Assembly: GCA_035620735.1 (NCBI GenBank)
Contig: DASPGH010000051.1
Span: forward strand, 563 to 64,562
Length of the DNA: 64,000 nucleotides
From: Acidimicrobiia bacterium
GTDB taxonomy: Bacteria; Actinomycetota; Acidimicrobiia; Spongiisociales; ZC4RG35
Direction: 5' to 3'
The notes beneath the pieces are model-generated. The model saw nothing but the letters and a program-made list of their open reading frames with translations, was not told where the DNA came from and did not search any database. Shown piece by piece: positions 36,040-45,647 of this stretch. How positions within the stretch are numbered: position 1 is the stretch's first letter; every line of letters begins with the position of its first letter. The translations under genes and the position numbers were made by a program.

Positions 36040-36578
36040 TCGTCTTCCCGCTCGTCGTGGACGTCGTCGTGGTCGTCGTCGTCTTCGTCATGATCGTCGC
36101 CCTCGCGATCTTCACTGTCGTGGTCTTCGTCCCAGGCGTCGTCGTCCTCCCACTCCAAGTCTGTTTCCCCGGTTTGGCTCGCGACGGTCGGACCCGTCCC
36201 CTGCGCCGCCGTAACGACGACCTGGGCCGGTGCAGTCTCCTCTGCCGGCGGAAGCGGAATGCCCGCATCGGAACAAATCGGACGCAGCGCATCCAGGGCA
36301 GCCTGCTGGAATGCGTCGATGGTCCCGGCTATCTCGCGCTCAACGAGGGCCAGACCAGCGGGCCCGCAGGCGCTTTGCAGATCGGACGAACGGGCATGGG
36401 TTGTCGATGTCGACGATTCGACGAAGGACGCAGCCGGCTGGCTCGGGCCCGGACCGGGGCCGGTGTCAGCGCCGACATTGGGGATCAGAACCGCGGCAAC
36501 GGCGCTCAAGGGGACAAGAAGTGAGCCGATGGCGAAGGCGAGAGACGTCTTCGGCCCTCTCTGAGATCTGCCCGTCAT
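36036..36578 (-). CDS. hypothetical exported protein with extreme Asp/Glu/His C-terminal tail
   Basis: 180 aa with a signal-like N-terminus and two Cys. The last roughly 40 aa read DLEWEDDDAWDEDHDSEDREGDDHDEDDDDHDDVHDEREDD. Confidence 0.55.
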   Translation of the reverse strand: MTGRSQRGPKTSLAFAIGSLLVPLSAVAAVLIPNVGADTGPGPGPSQPAASFVESSTSTTHARSSDLQSACGPAGLALVEREIAGTIDAFQQAALDALRPICSDAGIPLPPAEETAPAQVVVTAAQGTGPTVASQTGETDLEWEDDDAWDEDHDSEDREGDDHDEDDDDHDDVHDEREDD

Positions 36579-36579
36579 C

Positions 36580-36855
36580 TCAGATACCCAGCAGAATGCA
36601 CTCGGCTGGGCATTCCTCAGCAGCCTCGATCACCAGATCGAGCAGTTCTTCGGGAACTCTTGCCGCGCCTGCCATCCCGTCGGGCCCGTGCCCTGCACCC
36701 TCGTCTCCGTCGAAGACCGTCGTCTCGCCGAAATACCGGTCGCTCTCCTTGACCGCCCACGTCCCATCAGACCGGGGGTGAAAGACTTCGGGTGCGATCT
36801 GTTCACATGTCCCAGCTCCCATGCAGCTGTCCCGGTCGATCCAAACTGTCCTCAC
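36580..36855 (-). CDS. small ferredoxin (single Fe-S cluster type)
   Basis: GTG 36855 follows AAGGAA. It has the motifs VWIDRDSCMGAGTCEQIAPEVF ... ECPAECI. The ORF extends to 36903, but that part lacks an RBS. Confidence 0.75.
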   Translation of the reverse strand: MRTVWIDRDSCMGAGTCEQIAPEVFHPRSDGTWAVKESDRYFGETTVFDGDEGAGHGPDGMAGAARVPEELLDLVIEAAEECPAECILLGI

Positions 36856-36915
36856 GAGGTTCCTTTCGCTTGTTCCGACTGACGATGGCCAGGAGGCCCT
36901 CAAGACCTCCTCAAG

Positions 36916-38832
36916 GTGGCGTCAACCAACCGTCAAACGTTCTCGACGATCTGTGAGACCCGTTTCCGATCACCAACGGCAAATCCTCGGCTATCTTGTC
37001 CCGGTTCTCCTCCGCGGGAGGCGCGGATCGTGAGCTCGAGTCGATGGTTGGGTCGGGATGAACATGGTGGCGTGCCGAGTCAGGTTCGGCCTGATTTCCT
37101 GTTGCCTCCCCACTGGCGTCTAGACGCCATCTACGCCACTACGAGACCTCACCACCCCGCTGTTTCGCCCGACGCCAGCGCCATCGCTTTCATACTCTCC
37201 GCCGACGCGACCAGCGACATCTACACGGTCCGGGTCGGCGGCGGACAGCCACGGCGGCTGACAACCAACCGCAGACTGGCCTCCTACTGGGAGGACACGG
37301 GGCCGAAATGGTCTCCCGACGGGTCAACCATCGCCTACACGTCTGGTGATGACAGTTTCGTTGTCGATTCCGAGGGAGGGCCGCCCCGTCGTCTACCCGA
37401 GGTTGCGTTGGGCAACTGGCTGACCGACACGCAACTCGTGGTGATCGTCGACCGCAAACGCACCAGCCGTCTTGCCCTCGTCGACGTCGACGACCCTTGG
37501 CCACAGCCCTTCGGTCCCAAAGGTGGCGACGTGGGTCAGGTGTCGATATCGGGGGATGGTCGGGTGGTCGCCACGTTTTGGCCGAGGGACGACTTCAGTC
37601 GCTCCGACATCGTCGTGGCAACGCCGGGTGGCGAATGGTCGACCCTCGTCGGCCACGAGGACCGACGGGCCCTCGACGCCGCGGTGAGCGGCACGAGGGT
37701 CGCCTATGCCCTCGAGGATGGGGACTGGCGCGCCGTGTACCTGACCGACCTGGATGGAACGAGCCACGATCTCCTGGCAAAGGACGACGCCGACTTCAGC
37801 GACCTGAACTGGTCTCCCGACGGGAGCACACTCCTCGCCATCCGCACCCACCGCGGACAGGCCGATCTGGTGACTATCGCCGAGGACGGCTCCGTCGAGG
37901 TGGTGGAGGAGGGCGGTTTCTGGCAGACACCGCAATGGGCAGGGGCGTCAATCGTTGCCGCCCACGAATCCCACCACCGAGCGCCGCGTCTCGTCTCGCT
38001 GGTCGGGACCACCTCCAGTACCCTCCTCGACGGAGCGCCGGCCGCAGTCGCCACGGCACCCCACCGCTCCTTCGACCGGGTCTCCTACATGACGAGCGAC
38101 GGACTCGAGATCGAAGGGTTCCTGTTCCGGCCCGAGGACACGTCGAAGCCGGTGCCGGCGGTCGTCTATCCCCACGGTGGTCCGACATCTGTCTACGGCG
38201 ACGAGTGGGACGGACACGCCCAGTACTTCATCGACAAGGGATACGCCTGGTTCGCCATCAACTTCAGAGGGTCGACTTCATACGGGCTCGGGCTCGAACG
38301 CGCCAACCACGATGACTGGGGCGTCGGCGATACCCGGGACTGCATCGAAGCGGGGCGCTACCTGCAGGGCCTCGACTGGGTGGATGGTCAGCGACTTGCC
38401 ATCTTCGGGGCCAGCTACGGCAGCTATATGGCTCTCACCAGCCTGGTCCACCCGGACAACCCTTTTGCCTGCGGTGTCGCCAAGTACGGCGACAGCGACA
38501 TCCTCACCTCCTGGGCGCAGGGGGACCGTCCCGGCGGCGACGATCTGGAGCGGATGATGGGCCATCCCTCAGAGAACCGGGACGCATATCGCGCCGGCTC
38601 GCCGATCCACCAGATCGGGAGCATCGACAAGCCAATTCTCGTCGCCCACGGCGAGAAGGACGCCCGCGTGCATGTCAAACAGGCCGAAGAGCTCGTCGAA
38701 GAGCTGAAGCGTCTCGGCAAGAGGTTCGAGTACGTGACGTACCCGGACGAAGGGCACGGCTTCCTGCGCCGTGACTCCCAGATCGACTTCTACAAACGAC
38801 TCGAGAAGTTCCTCGATTGGCACTTGATGTGA
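36916..38832 (+). CDS. S9 family serine peptidase (beta-propeller plus prolyl-oligopeptidase-type catalytic domain)
   Basis: 638 aa with TolB-like propeller repeats (SPDGSTIAY, SGDGRVVA, SPDGSTLLA). The catalytic domain has GASYGSYMA (GxSxG), a later D and an H (GHGF). The start is uncertain. Confidence 0.85.
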   Translation: MASTNRQTFSTICETRFRSPTANPRLSCPGSPPREARIVSSSRWLGRDEHGGVPSQVRPDFLLPPHWRLDAIYATTRPHHPAVSPDASAIAFILSADATSDIYTVRVGGGQPRRLTTNRRLASYWEDTGPKWSPDGSTIAYTSGDDSFVVDSEGGPPRRLPEVALGNWLTDTQLVVIVDRKRTSRLALVDVDDPWPQPFGPKGGDVGQVSISGDGRVVATFWPRDDFSRSDIVVATPGGEWSTLVGHEDRRALDAAVSGTRVAYALEDGDWRAVYLTDLDGTSHDLLAKDDADFSDLNWSPDGSTLLAIRTHRGQADLVTIAEDGSVEVVEEGGFWQTPQWAGASIVAAHESHHRAPRLVSLVGTTSSTLLDGAPAAVATAPHRSFDRVSYMTSDGLEIEGFLFRPEDTSKPVPAVVYPHGGPTSVYGDEWDGHAQYFIDKGYAWFAINFRGSTSYGLGLERANHDDWGVGDTRDCIEAGRYLQGLDWVDGQRLAIFGASYGSYMALTSLVHPDNPFACGVAKYGDSDILTSWAQGDRPGGDDLERMMGHPSENRDAYRAGSPIHQIGSIDKPILVAHGEKDARVHVKQAEELVEELKRLGKRFEYVTYPDEGHGFLRRDSQIDFYKRLEKFLDWHLM

Positions 38833-38888
38833 CTTTGAGGACGGGCTGTCGGCCCGGTCCGCCGGGGGCGACGGAAAGGTAAAGAAAA

Positions 38889-40610
38889 ATGAACAGAAGG
38901 GCGTTCGCCCTCATCATCGCTGCGGTGATGGCATTCACGGCGTGTGCCGGTGATCCAGACACCGAGGCGACATCCACAACCAGCTCAGAGACCGACGGGA
39001 CGACCGGGACTACCGGGCCCACTGGCACGACTGCTGCCACCGGCGACGCCGGCGGCACGGTTCGGGTCGGGTGGGGCGGGTCACCGGACAGCCTCAACCC
39101 GGGCAACGGGGTCCTGGCCGAGGCGTACACCGTCTACGAGCTCATGTATGACACACCGATCGGGCTCGACCTGGACGGTAACTACATTCCGGAGCTGGCC
39201 TCCGAATGGTCAGTGTCGGCCGATGGTCTCACCTGGACGATGACCCTCGTCGACAACGCGGTGTTTCACGACGGGACACCGCTCACCTCCGAGGACGTCA
39301 AGTACTCACTCGAGCTTTGGCGTGACACCGAGGACTTCCCGTTCCTCCCGTCATACCCGGACGTGTTCACCGTGGAGGCACCGGACCCGACCACGGTCGT
39401 GCTCACAGTCGAAGAGCCAATCGGCAACTTCGAATCGCGCATGGTCTTCATGTACATCGTCCCCAAGCACATCTGGGAGGCGGAGTCCGATCCAGTCGCG
39501 TTCGATAACGCGGCGATGATCGGGACCGGCTCGTTCAAACTCGCCGAGTACAGCCAGGGCGAATTCGTCCGGCTCGAGGCCAACACCGACTATTGGGCTG
39601 GTCGGCCCAACGTCGACGAGGTGATCTTCCAGACCATCGAGAACCCAGACGCCCGTGTCACCGCACTTCGCAATGGGGATGTCGACATGATCACCGAGCT
39701 CCCCAACACCGCGATCCCGACCCTGGAAGGAGACGCCAACGTCGAGTTGGTGACGGGCGATCCGCTCGCCCCGAGCCTCACCGACGTGTTCTTCAATATC
39801 GTCCCCGCAGACCTGTGCCCTCCCGAGGACGGAGTCTGCAGCGGGCATCCGGCACTGCAAGACATCCAGGTGCGGACCGCCCTGGCGCACGCCATCGACA
39901 AGCAGCAGCTGATCGATGTCGCCCTCCTCGGTCTGGGAACGCCCGGAATCAGTCTGACACCGACGGGTCTTGGTGACTTCTTCAACTCCTCGCTGGAGGA
40001 CTACAGCTTCGATCTCGAGATGGCGGCCGGCATCCTCGAAGACGCCGGCTACGTCGACAGTGACGGAGACGGAGTCAGGGAGTGTCTCGCCGATCAGGAC
40101 TGTGAGAATCTGACATTCCGGTTCAACTACCCGAACGACAGTGACACGGCCCCTCGCGAGACCGAGTTGATCTCGGGATGGTGGAGCGAGATTGGTGTTG
40201 CCACGACTGTCCAGCCGTTGGACCCGGACACCCTGACTTCGGTGTGCTGTCCCACGTTCGACTACGACGTCATCCGCTGGGGATGGGGATCGGACCCCGA
40301 CCCGGGATTCCTCCTCGGGGCCGCGTTGTGCTCGGAGATCGACTCCGGTTTCTCGGAGACCGGCTATTGCAACGAGGACTTCGACGCCCTGTACGACGCC
40401 CAGGCCGTTGAGACAGACCCGGACGCGAGGAAGGACATCATCTGGGAGATGCAGGAGATCCTCTTACGAGATCTGCCCTACGTCATCCCCTACTACGACC
40501 AGGCGGTGCAGGCCTATCGGGTCGACACATTCACCGGGTGGCAGACCGACTCGGCCAAGCTGGCACTCGAAGATCCCAGCTCGCTCAACGTGATCAGCTC
40601 GACGGGCTGA
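38889..40610 (+). CDS. ABC transporter substrate-binding lipoprotein, family 5 (peptide/nickel type)
   Basis: 573 aa with a lipobox FTACAG, a Thr-rich tether and an SBP_bac_5-like body. Confidence 0.88.
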   Translation: MNRRAFALIIAAVMAFTACAGDPDTEATSTTSSETDGTTGTTGPTGTTAATGDAGGTVRVGWGGSPDSLNPGNGVLAEAYTVYELMYDTPIGLDLDGNYIPELASEWSVSADGLTWTMTLVDNAVFHDGTPLTSEDVKYSLELWRDTEDFPFLPSYPDVFTVEAPDPTTVVLTVEEPIGNFESRMVFMYIVPKHIWEAESDPVAFDNAAMIGTGSFKLAEYSQGEFVRLEANTDYWAGRPNVDEVIFQTIENPDARVTALRNGDVDMITELPNTAIPTLEGDANVELVTGDPLAPSLTDVFFNIVPADLCPPEDGVCSGHPALQDIQVRTALAHAIDKQQLIDVALLGLGTPGISLTPTGLGDFFNSSLEDYSFDLEMAAGILEDAGYVDSDGDGVRECLADQDCENLTFRFNYPNDSDTAPRETELISGWWSEIGVATTVQPLDPDTLTSVCCPTFDYDVIRWGWGSDPDPGFLLGAALCSEIDSGFSETGYCNEDFDALYDAQAVETDPDARKDIIWEMQEILLRDLPYVIPYYDQAVQAYRVDTFTGWQTDSAKLALEDPSSLNVISSTG

Positions 40611-40665
40611 CTTCGATGACCAATGGGGACGGGACCTCGGTCCCGTCCCCATTTGGAGGCTCCAC

Positions 40666-41676
40666 TTGGCTGCAAGCCGACGTCGTTTCGTCACCCAGAA
40701 GATCGTCTTCGCCGTTCTGACGGTCTTCGCCGTGATCACCTTCAACTTCTTCCTCTTCCGCGTACTCCCCGGCGACCCGGCGGTCGGTGGAATGCGGGAT
40801 CCCAGGCTCTCACCTGAACGCGTGGAGGCGCTGCGCCAGAGATTCGGTGTCGACGACCCGGTCTTTCTCAACTTCGAGGGCGGCAATGTGTTCGAGTCTC
40901 AGTACTTCGCCTATCTGGGCGCCCTCTCCAACGGAGATCTCGGCACCTCCTATGCCTTCCGCGACCAACAGGTGACAACTCTGTTGACCCACGCCCTGGT
41001 CAACACACTTTGGCTCGTGGTCCCGGCTCAGATCATCTCGATCGTCCTGGGCGTGGGTCTCGGTCTGATTGCCGCTTATCGCCGTGGCACACGGGTCGAC
41101 GTGTCCGCCTTGACCTTCTCGCTCATCATGTGGTCGCTCCCCACCTTCTTCCTCGGGATCATCCTGCTCTTCCTGGGTACCACCTGGTTCGACCTCCCCG
41201 CAGCTGGACGAGTGACGATCGGTGCCCAATACACCGACGTCTGGGACCAAATCGGCGACATCGTCTCTCACATGATCCTCCCCACCGCCACCCTCTCGCT
41301 GGTGCTTCTAGGCGAGTACATGCTGATCATGCGGAGCTCGGTGGTAGAGGTGCTCGGCGAGGACTACATCCTCACCGCGCGCGCCGTGGGCATCCGCCGC
41401 CCCAGCATCCTCCGTCGTCATGCGTTCCGCAACGCCATGCTCCCCATAGTCACCCTGATCGCCCTCAACCTCGGCTTCACGGTTTCGGGCGCCATTCAGG
41501 TCGAGACGGTGTTCTCCTGGCCCGGTCTCGGCCACCTCACCGTCGATGCGGTCAATCAGCGTGACTTCCCGGTGCTACAGGGTGCCTTCCTCCTGCTCGC
41601 ATTATCCGTCGTCATCGCCAACCTGATCGTCGAGCTCATCTACGGCTATCTCGATCCGCGGGTCAAAGAGGCATGA
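40666..41676 (+). CDS. ABC transporter permease (DppB/OppB type)
   Basis: 336 aa with a typical N-terminus (VLTVFAVITFNFFLFRVLPGDP) and an EAA-loop region. Confidence 0.9.
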   Translation: MAASRRRFVTQKIVFAVLTVFAVITFNFFLFRVLPGDPAVGGMRDPRLSPERVEALRQRFGVDDPVFLNFEGGNVFESQYFAYLGALSNGDLGTSYAFRDQQVTTLLTHALVNTLWLVVPAQIISIVLGVGLGLIAAYRRGTRVDVSALTFSLIMWSLPTFFLGIILLFLGTTWFDLPAAGRVTIGAQYTDVWDQIGDIVSHMILPTATLSLVLLGEYMLIMRSSVVEVLGEDYILTARAVGIRRPSILRRHAFRNAMLPIVTLIALNLGFTVSGAIQVETVFSWPGLGHLTVDAVNQRDFPVLQGAFLLLALSVVIANLIVELIYGYLDPRVKEA

Positions 41677-43547
41677 GACAGTTCTTCCGTCACCGGCTCG
41701 GCGTGATCGGCATCGCCATGTTGCTGCTTGCCATCGTGGTGGCGATCTTTGCGCCCTGGATCGCCCCCTACGACCCATACGCCAACGTCACCATCACCAT
41801 CGACGACATCTATCAGCCCCCATCGGCTGCTCATTGGCTCGGCACAGACGACGGCGCCAAAGACGTGTTCTCGGCACTGCTGTATGGCGCCAGGGTCTCG
41901 TTGGTCGTTGGCTTCGCCGGCGCCCTGATCTCGGTGTTGGTGGGCGGGACGATCGGGATCATCGCCGGCTACCGAGGCGGATGGGTCGGGCACGGTCTGA
42001 TGCGGTTCACCGACTTCTTCCTGGTGCTGCCCGACCTCGCCCTGCTCATTGTCCTCGTAGCGATCGTCGGACAGAGCCTGCGCAACATCATCCTCGTCAT
42101 CGGTCTGCTCGGTTGGACAACCACCGCCCGTCTGATCCGTTCTCAGACCCTCTCGGTGCGAGAGAGGAAGTACGTGATTCGGGCCAAGGCAGCCGGTGCT
42201 GGCGACTGGTACACGCTTCGAAGACACGTGATCCCGCAGGTGCTGCCGCTGGCCCTCGCCAACACCGTGCTTGTGGTCTCTCTGGCCATCATCGCCGAGT
42301 CGACACTCGCCTTCCTCGGTCTCGGCGACCCGCTTCTCATTTCGTGGGGCCAGATGCTCAACCTCGGTTTCACCCGTGGAGCGGTCGGAGCTGGAGCGTG
42401 GTGGGCCATGTTCCCTCCGGGCCTGGCAATCGTGTGGGTGGTCTTGTCGGTGACCCTGATCGGCAATGCGCTCGAGGACATCCTCAATCCGAAGCTGGGG
42501 CGGCACCACCTCGAGCCGGAGGTGCCGGTCGAGACTCCTCCACCCGACGTACCCGTGTCGGCCGACGTCCTTTTCCAGGTGCGCGACCTCAGCGTCGGCT
42601 TCGAGGTGTCATCTGGAGTCGTGACCGCGGTCGAAGACGTGAGCTTCGAGGTGCCGCGAGGAAAGGTCCTCGGGCTCGTCGGCGAGTCGGGAGGCGGCAA
42701 GACGACGACCGCGCTCGGAGCGTTGCGTCTGTTGCCTCCGAACGGCCGGGTCCTCGGGGGCGAGGTGCTACTCGACGGAACCGACCTAACCCGACTGGAG
42801 GAGGGGGCCCTCAGGGAGCTGCGATGGAACCGGGTATCGATCATCTTCCAGGGCGCCATGAACGCGCTCAACCCGGTGAGAACCGTGGGCTCGCAGATCG
42901 TCGAGGCGATTCGCACCCACGACGAGTCGATCGGTCAGAAGACCGCCCTCGATCGCGCCGGCGAACTGCTCGAACTGGTGGGGATGCCAAAACGACGCAT
43001 CGAGTCGTATCCGCACGAGCTCTCGGGTGGCATGCGTCAACGCAGCATGATCGCCCTTGCTCTCGCATGCGGACCCGACCTGGTCATCGCCGATGAGCCG
43101 ACCACCGCCCTGGATGTGATGACACAGGCACAAATACTCGATCTGCTCGAGCGTCTTCAGGAAGAGCTCTCCCTGGCGATGGTGATCGTGACCCACGACC
43201 TGGGGATCGTCAACGAGGCGTGTCACGACGTCGCCGTGATGTACGGCGGCAAGATCGTCGAGAAGGGCCCCGTGGCCCGGGTGTTCACCGACCCCCAACA
43301 CCCCTACACCCGTCTTCTACTCGAGGCCTTCCCATCGCTCGACCACCCGGGCCGACGTCTCGCTTCCATCCCCGGCGCCCCGCCTTTGCTGACGGCGATG
43401 CCCACCGGCTGCCGATTCGCTCCCAGGTGCCCTTCGGCCTTCGAACGATGCCGTGAGGAGGAGCCTCATCTCTATGCGACGTCCTCGGGAGTGGCAGCGT
43501 GTTTCCTCGCCGATCCGATCGTTGTGGCAGGCGCCCGAAATGACTGA
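41673..43547 (+). CDS. fused ABC permease (DppC type) and ATP-binding (DppD type) protein
   Basis: 624 aa. Residues 1 to about 285 form the permease (ends LEDILNPKLG). A Pro-rich linker follows, then the ATPase with Walker A GESGGGKTT, signature LSGGMRQR, Walker B VIADEPTTALD and the oligopeptide C-terminal motif. Confidence 0.85.
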   Translation: MRQFFRHRLGVIGIAMLLLAIVVAIFAPWIAPYDPYANVTITIDDIYQPPSAAHWLGTDDGAKDVFSALLYGARVSLVVGFAGALISVLVGGTIGIIAGYRGGWVGHGLMRFTDFFLVLPDLALLIVLVAIVGQSLRNIILVIGLLGWTTTARLIRSQTLSVRERKYVIRAKAAGAGDWYTLRRHVIPQVLPLALANTVLVVSLAIIAESTLAFLGLGDPLLISWGQMLNLGFTRGAVGAGAWWAMFPPGLAIVWVVLSVTLIGNALEDILNPKLGRHHLEPEVPVETPPPDVPVSADVLFQVRDLSVGFEVSSGVVTAVEDVSFEVPRGKVLGLVGESGGGKTTTALGALRLLPPNGRVLGGEVLLDGTDLTRLEEGALRELRWNRVSIIFQGAMNALNPVRTVGSQIVEAIRTHDESIGQKTALDRAGELLELVGMPKRRIESYPHELSGGMRQRSMIALALACGPDLVIADEPTTALDVMTQAQILDLLERLQEELSLAMVIVTHDLGIVNEACHDVAVMYGGKIVEKGPVARVFTDPQHPYTRLLLEAFPSLDHPGRRLASIPGAPPLLTAMPTGCRFAPRCPSAFERCREEEPHLYATSSGVAACFLADPIVVAGARND

Positions 43548-44511
43548 GCCCATCCTCACCATCCGGGACCTGCACATCGAGTTTCGGGGCAAGCAGCGAC
43601 ACGACGTCGTCCGGGCGGTGGACGGGATCTCTCTCCACCTCGATCGCGGCGAGGTTCTCTCTCTGGTTGGTGAGTCCGGATGCGGCAAGACGACCACGGC
43701 CAATGCTGTGCTTGGTCTGACAACGCCCACCGAAGGGCACATCTCGGTGGCAGGCATCGACATCGCCACTGCGGATCGCAAACAGATGAAGGCGGCACGC
43801 GCCTACATGCAAATGATCGCCCAGGACCCATACGAGTCGCTCAACCCCCGCATGACCATCGAGGACATCGTCACCGAGCCGCTGGTAGTCCATGGTCAAC
43901 AGGACGATCTGCGTGAGCGGGCTCTTCGAGCCCTGGCCAGTGCCGGGCTCACCCCTCCAGAGGAGTTCATAGACCGGCGACCTCACGAATTGAGCGGCGG
44001 GCAACGCCAGCGGGTGGTCATCGCCGCCGCCCTGTCGATCGAGCCTGGTCTGTTGATTGCGGACGAGCCGGTGTCGATGCTCGACGTGTCGGTTCGAGCG
44101 GGGATCCTCAACCTGTTGAAACAGCTCGCCGACGACAAGGGCATCGGAGTCCTCATGATCACTCATGATCTGGCCACGGTGGCCGCCTACTCGGATCGGA
44201 TCGCCGTCATGTACCTGGGAAGAATCGTCGAATCCGGCCCGACGCTCGACGTGATCGCCAGTCCCGAGCATCCCTATACGAGGGCGCTTCTGTCTGTGGT
44301 ACCCAACCACGACCCCACCGTGAAGACCCAACCCACGTTGCTCGTCGGCGAGACGCCCGATGCTTCAAACATCCCCTCGGGGTGCCGGTTCCACCCCCGG
44401 TGCCCTGCTGCGTTCGAGCCGTGCAGCCAGATCGATCCCGTGCTCCTGGCGACATCGGACGATCGGACGTGCGCCTGCCTTCTCTACGCCGAGGTCTCGT
44501 CTCCCGCTTGA
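43540..44511 (+). CDS. ABC transporter ATP-binding protein (DppF/OppF type)
   Basis: ATG 43540 overlaps the upstream stop (ATGACTGA). It carries Walker [10 protein letters not shown], signature LSGGQRQR and Walker [12 protein letters not shown]. Confidence 0.9.
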   Translation: MTEPILTIRDLHIEFRGKQRHDVVRAVDGISLHLDRGEVLSLVGESGCGKTTTANAVLGLTTPTEGHISVAGIDIATADRKQMKAARAYMQMIAQDPYESLNPRMTIEDIVTEPLVVHGQQDDLRERALRALASAGLTPPEEFIDRRPHELSGGQRQRVVIAAALSIEPGLLIADEPVSMLDVSVRAGILNLLKQLADDKGIGVLMITHDLATVAAYSDRIAVMYLGRIVESGPTLDVIASPEHPYTRALLSVVPNHDPTVKTQPTLLVGETPDASNIPSGCRFHPRCPAAFEPCSQIDPVLLATSDDRTCACLLYAEVSSPA

Positions 44512-44580
44512 CCGGACCCGAGACAAAATGGGTCTGCCGACCCGTCGAGCAGCTCTCCGCGCCGGTCGATACCAACAGGG

Positions 44581-44850
44581 ATGACTGCTTCGACACAATC
44601 GCTCCAGGATTGGACGACCACCGCGTACGGCAAAGTCGCCAGGGGTGCCATCGCCGTCACCGGCATGACATTCGCCGTGCTCGTTCTCATGAACGCCGCC
44701 CTGGTCGATTCCGGGTCGTGGGCGCTGGTGATCCTCGGGGTTGCCCTGGCGGCGACCTCGGTACGCACGGCGCAGAGCCCGAACCTGTCGCGCATCATCG
44801 CCCTCGGCGCGACAACCGTCGCTATCCCCCTCTCTCTCCAGATCTTCTGA
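44581..44850 (+). CDS. hypothetical small membrane protein (89 aa, about 3 TM)
   Basis: Hydrophobic ORF after the dpp operon. No family was recognised. Confidence 0.4.
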   Translation: MTASTQSLQDWTTTAYGKVARGAIAVTGMTFAVLVLMNAALVDSGSWALVILGVALAATSVRTAQSPNLSRIIALGATTVAIPLSLQIF

Positions 44851-45162
44851 TCACTGCGGACCCGCTAAGGGAAACCGCCAGGCGGCCACCGGCTCACGGT
44901 GGCCGCGCCACGAGTGCCTCTAGAGATCGAAGACCGCGGTGTCGGCGGTGGGGATCCGAGTCGGGCGGACGCTCCAGCCAGTGCTACTCGCTCGCAGCCA
45001 TGTCGATCGCATCCTTCAGGTGAACCACACCGGCGTGATTGAGGTCGCGATGGTGCATGTTCGCCCACGGATAACGCGGCACCGGCTCTCCGATGGGAAC
45101 ACGTGCTTGACGCCGGAATACGCTGACAGGCTGGACCCATCGGGATCAGCCTGTCGACCGGA

Positions 45163-45375
45163 TCAGCCATTCCTGCTCAGCCGCATCTCCTCATCCAATC
45201 GGGTCAGTTTGTGTGGGTTCGCCACGGCATAGATGCGGGTGACCCGTCCGTCTTCGACCGCGACGCTCACCGCACCGCGGATCACGCCATTGTCGTCGAC
45301 CCGAACGGCCGGTGTTCCGTTGAGCCAAACGATCGTGAGTCGTGCCCCCGGCACGGCCCCGCACGCGAAGCCGCC
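45163..45375 (-). pseudogene. C-terminal fragment of a SigJ-like ECF sigma factor (SnoaL-like tail)
   Basis: LTIVWLNGTPAVRVDDNGVIRGAVSVAVEDGRVTRIYAVANPHKLTRL matches the characteristic C-terminus of SigJ-type sigma factors. No sigma regions 2 or 4 lie upstream, only low-complexity sequence. Confidence 0.5.
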
Positions 45376-45570
45376 CGATCTCGCTGGGCTCACACGCTCG
45401 GGTGTGGAACTACGTGAGGAGCGGGGGCCGACTCCCCGGATCCGACCGCCCGATGGCCCAAAATGGGGGAAATCCCCTATATACACACACCACTCCCTAG
45501 GACATGATGCGTCACATAGGGGGACTTCAGGGCAACCGATCCGTCCCTCGAAGCGACAATGGGGACCTCA

Positions 45571-45600
45571 CCTGAAGGGCTGCAACAGCAGCCCTTCAGG
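45571..45600. other. perfect 12-bp stem-loop in decayed intergenic region
   Basis: CCTGAAGGGCTG caacag CAGCCCTTCAGG. There is no U-tail on either strand. Confidence 0.5.
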
Positions 45601-45647
45601 CCCGTTCTGGAGTACTTCGCATAGAACGTTCAGCTACGTTCCTCGCC

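Noticed and set aside
36040-36130. Triplet-repeat tract, and other short repeats in the window, as a possible CRISPR or tandem-repeat locus.
   Set aside because: It is in-frame low-complexity coding sequence (the Asp/Glu/His tail). No repeat-spacer periodicity of 25-40 nt exists anywhere in the window.
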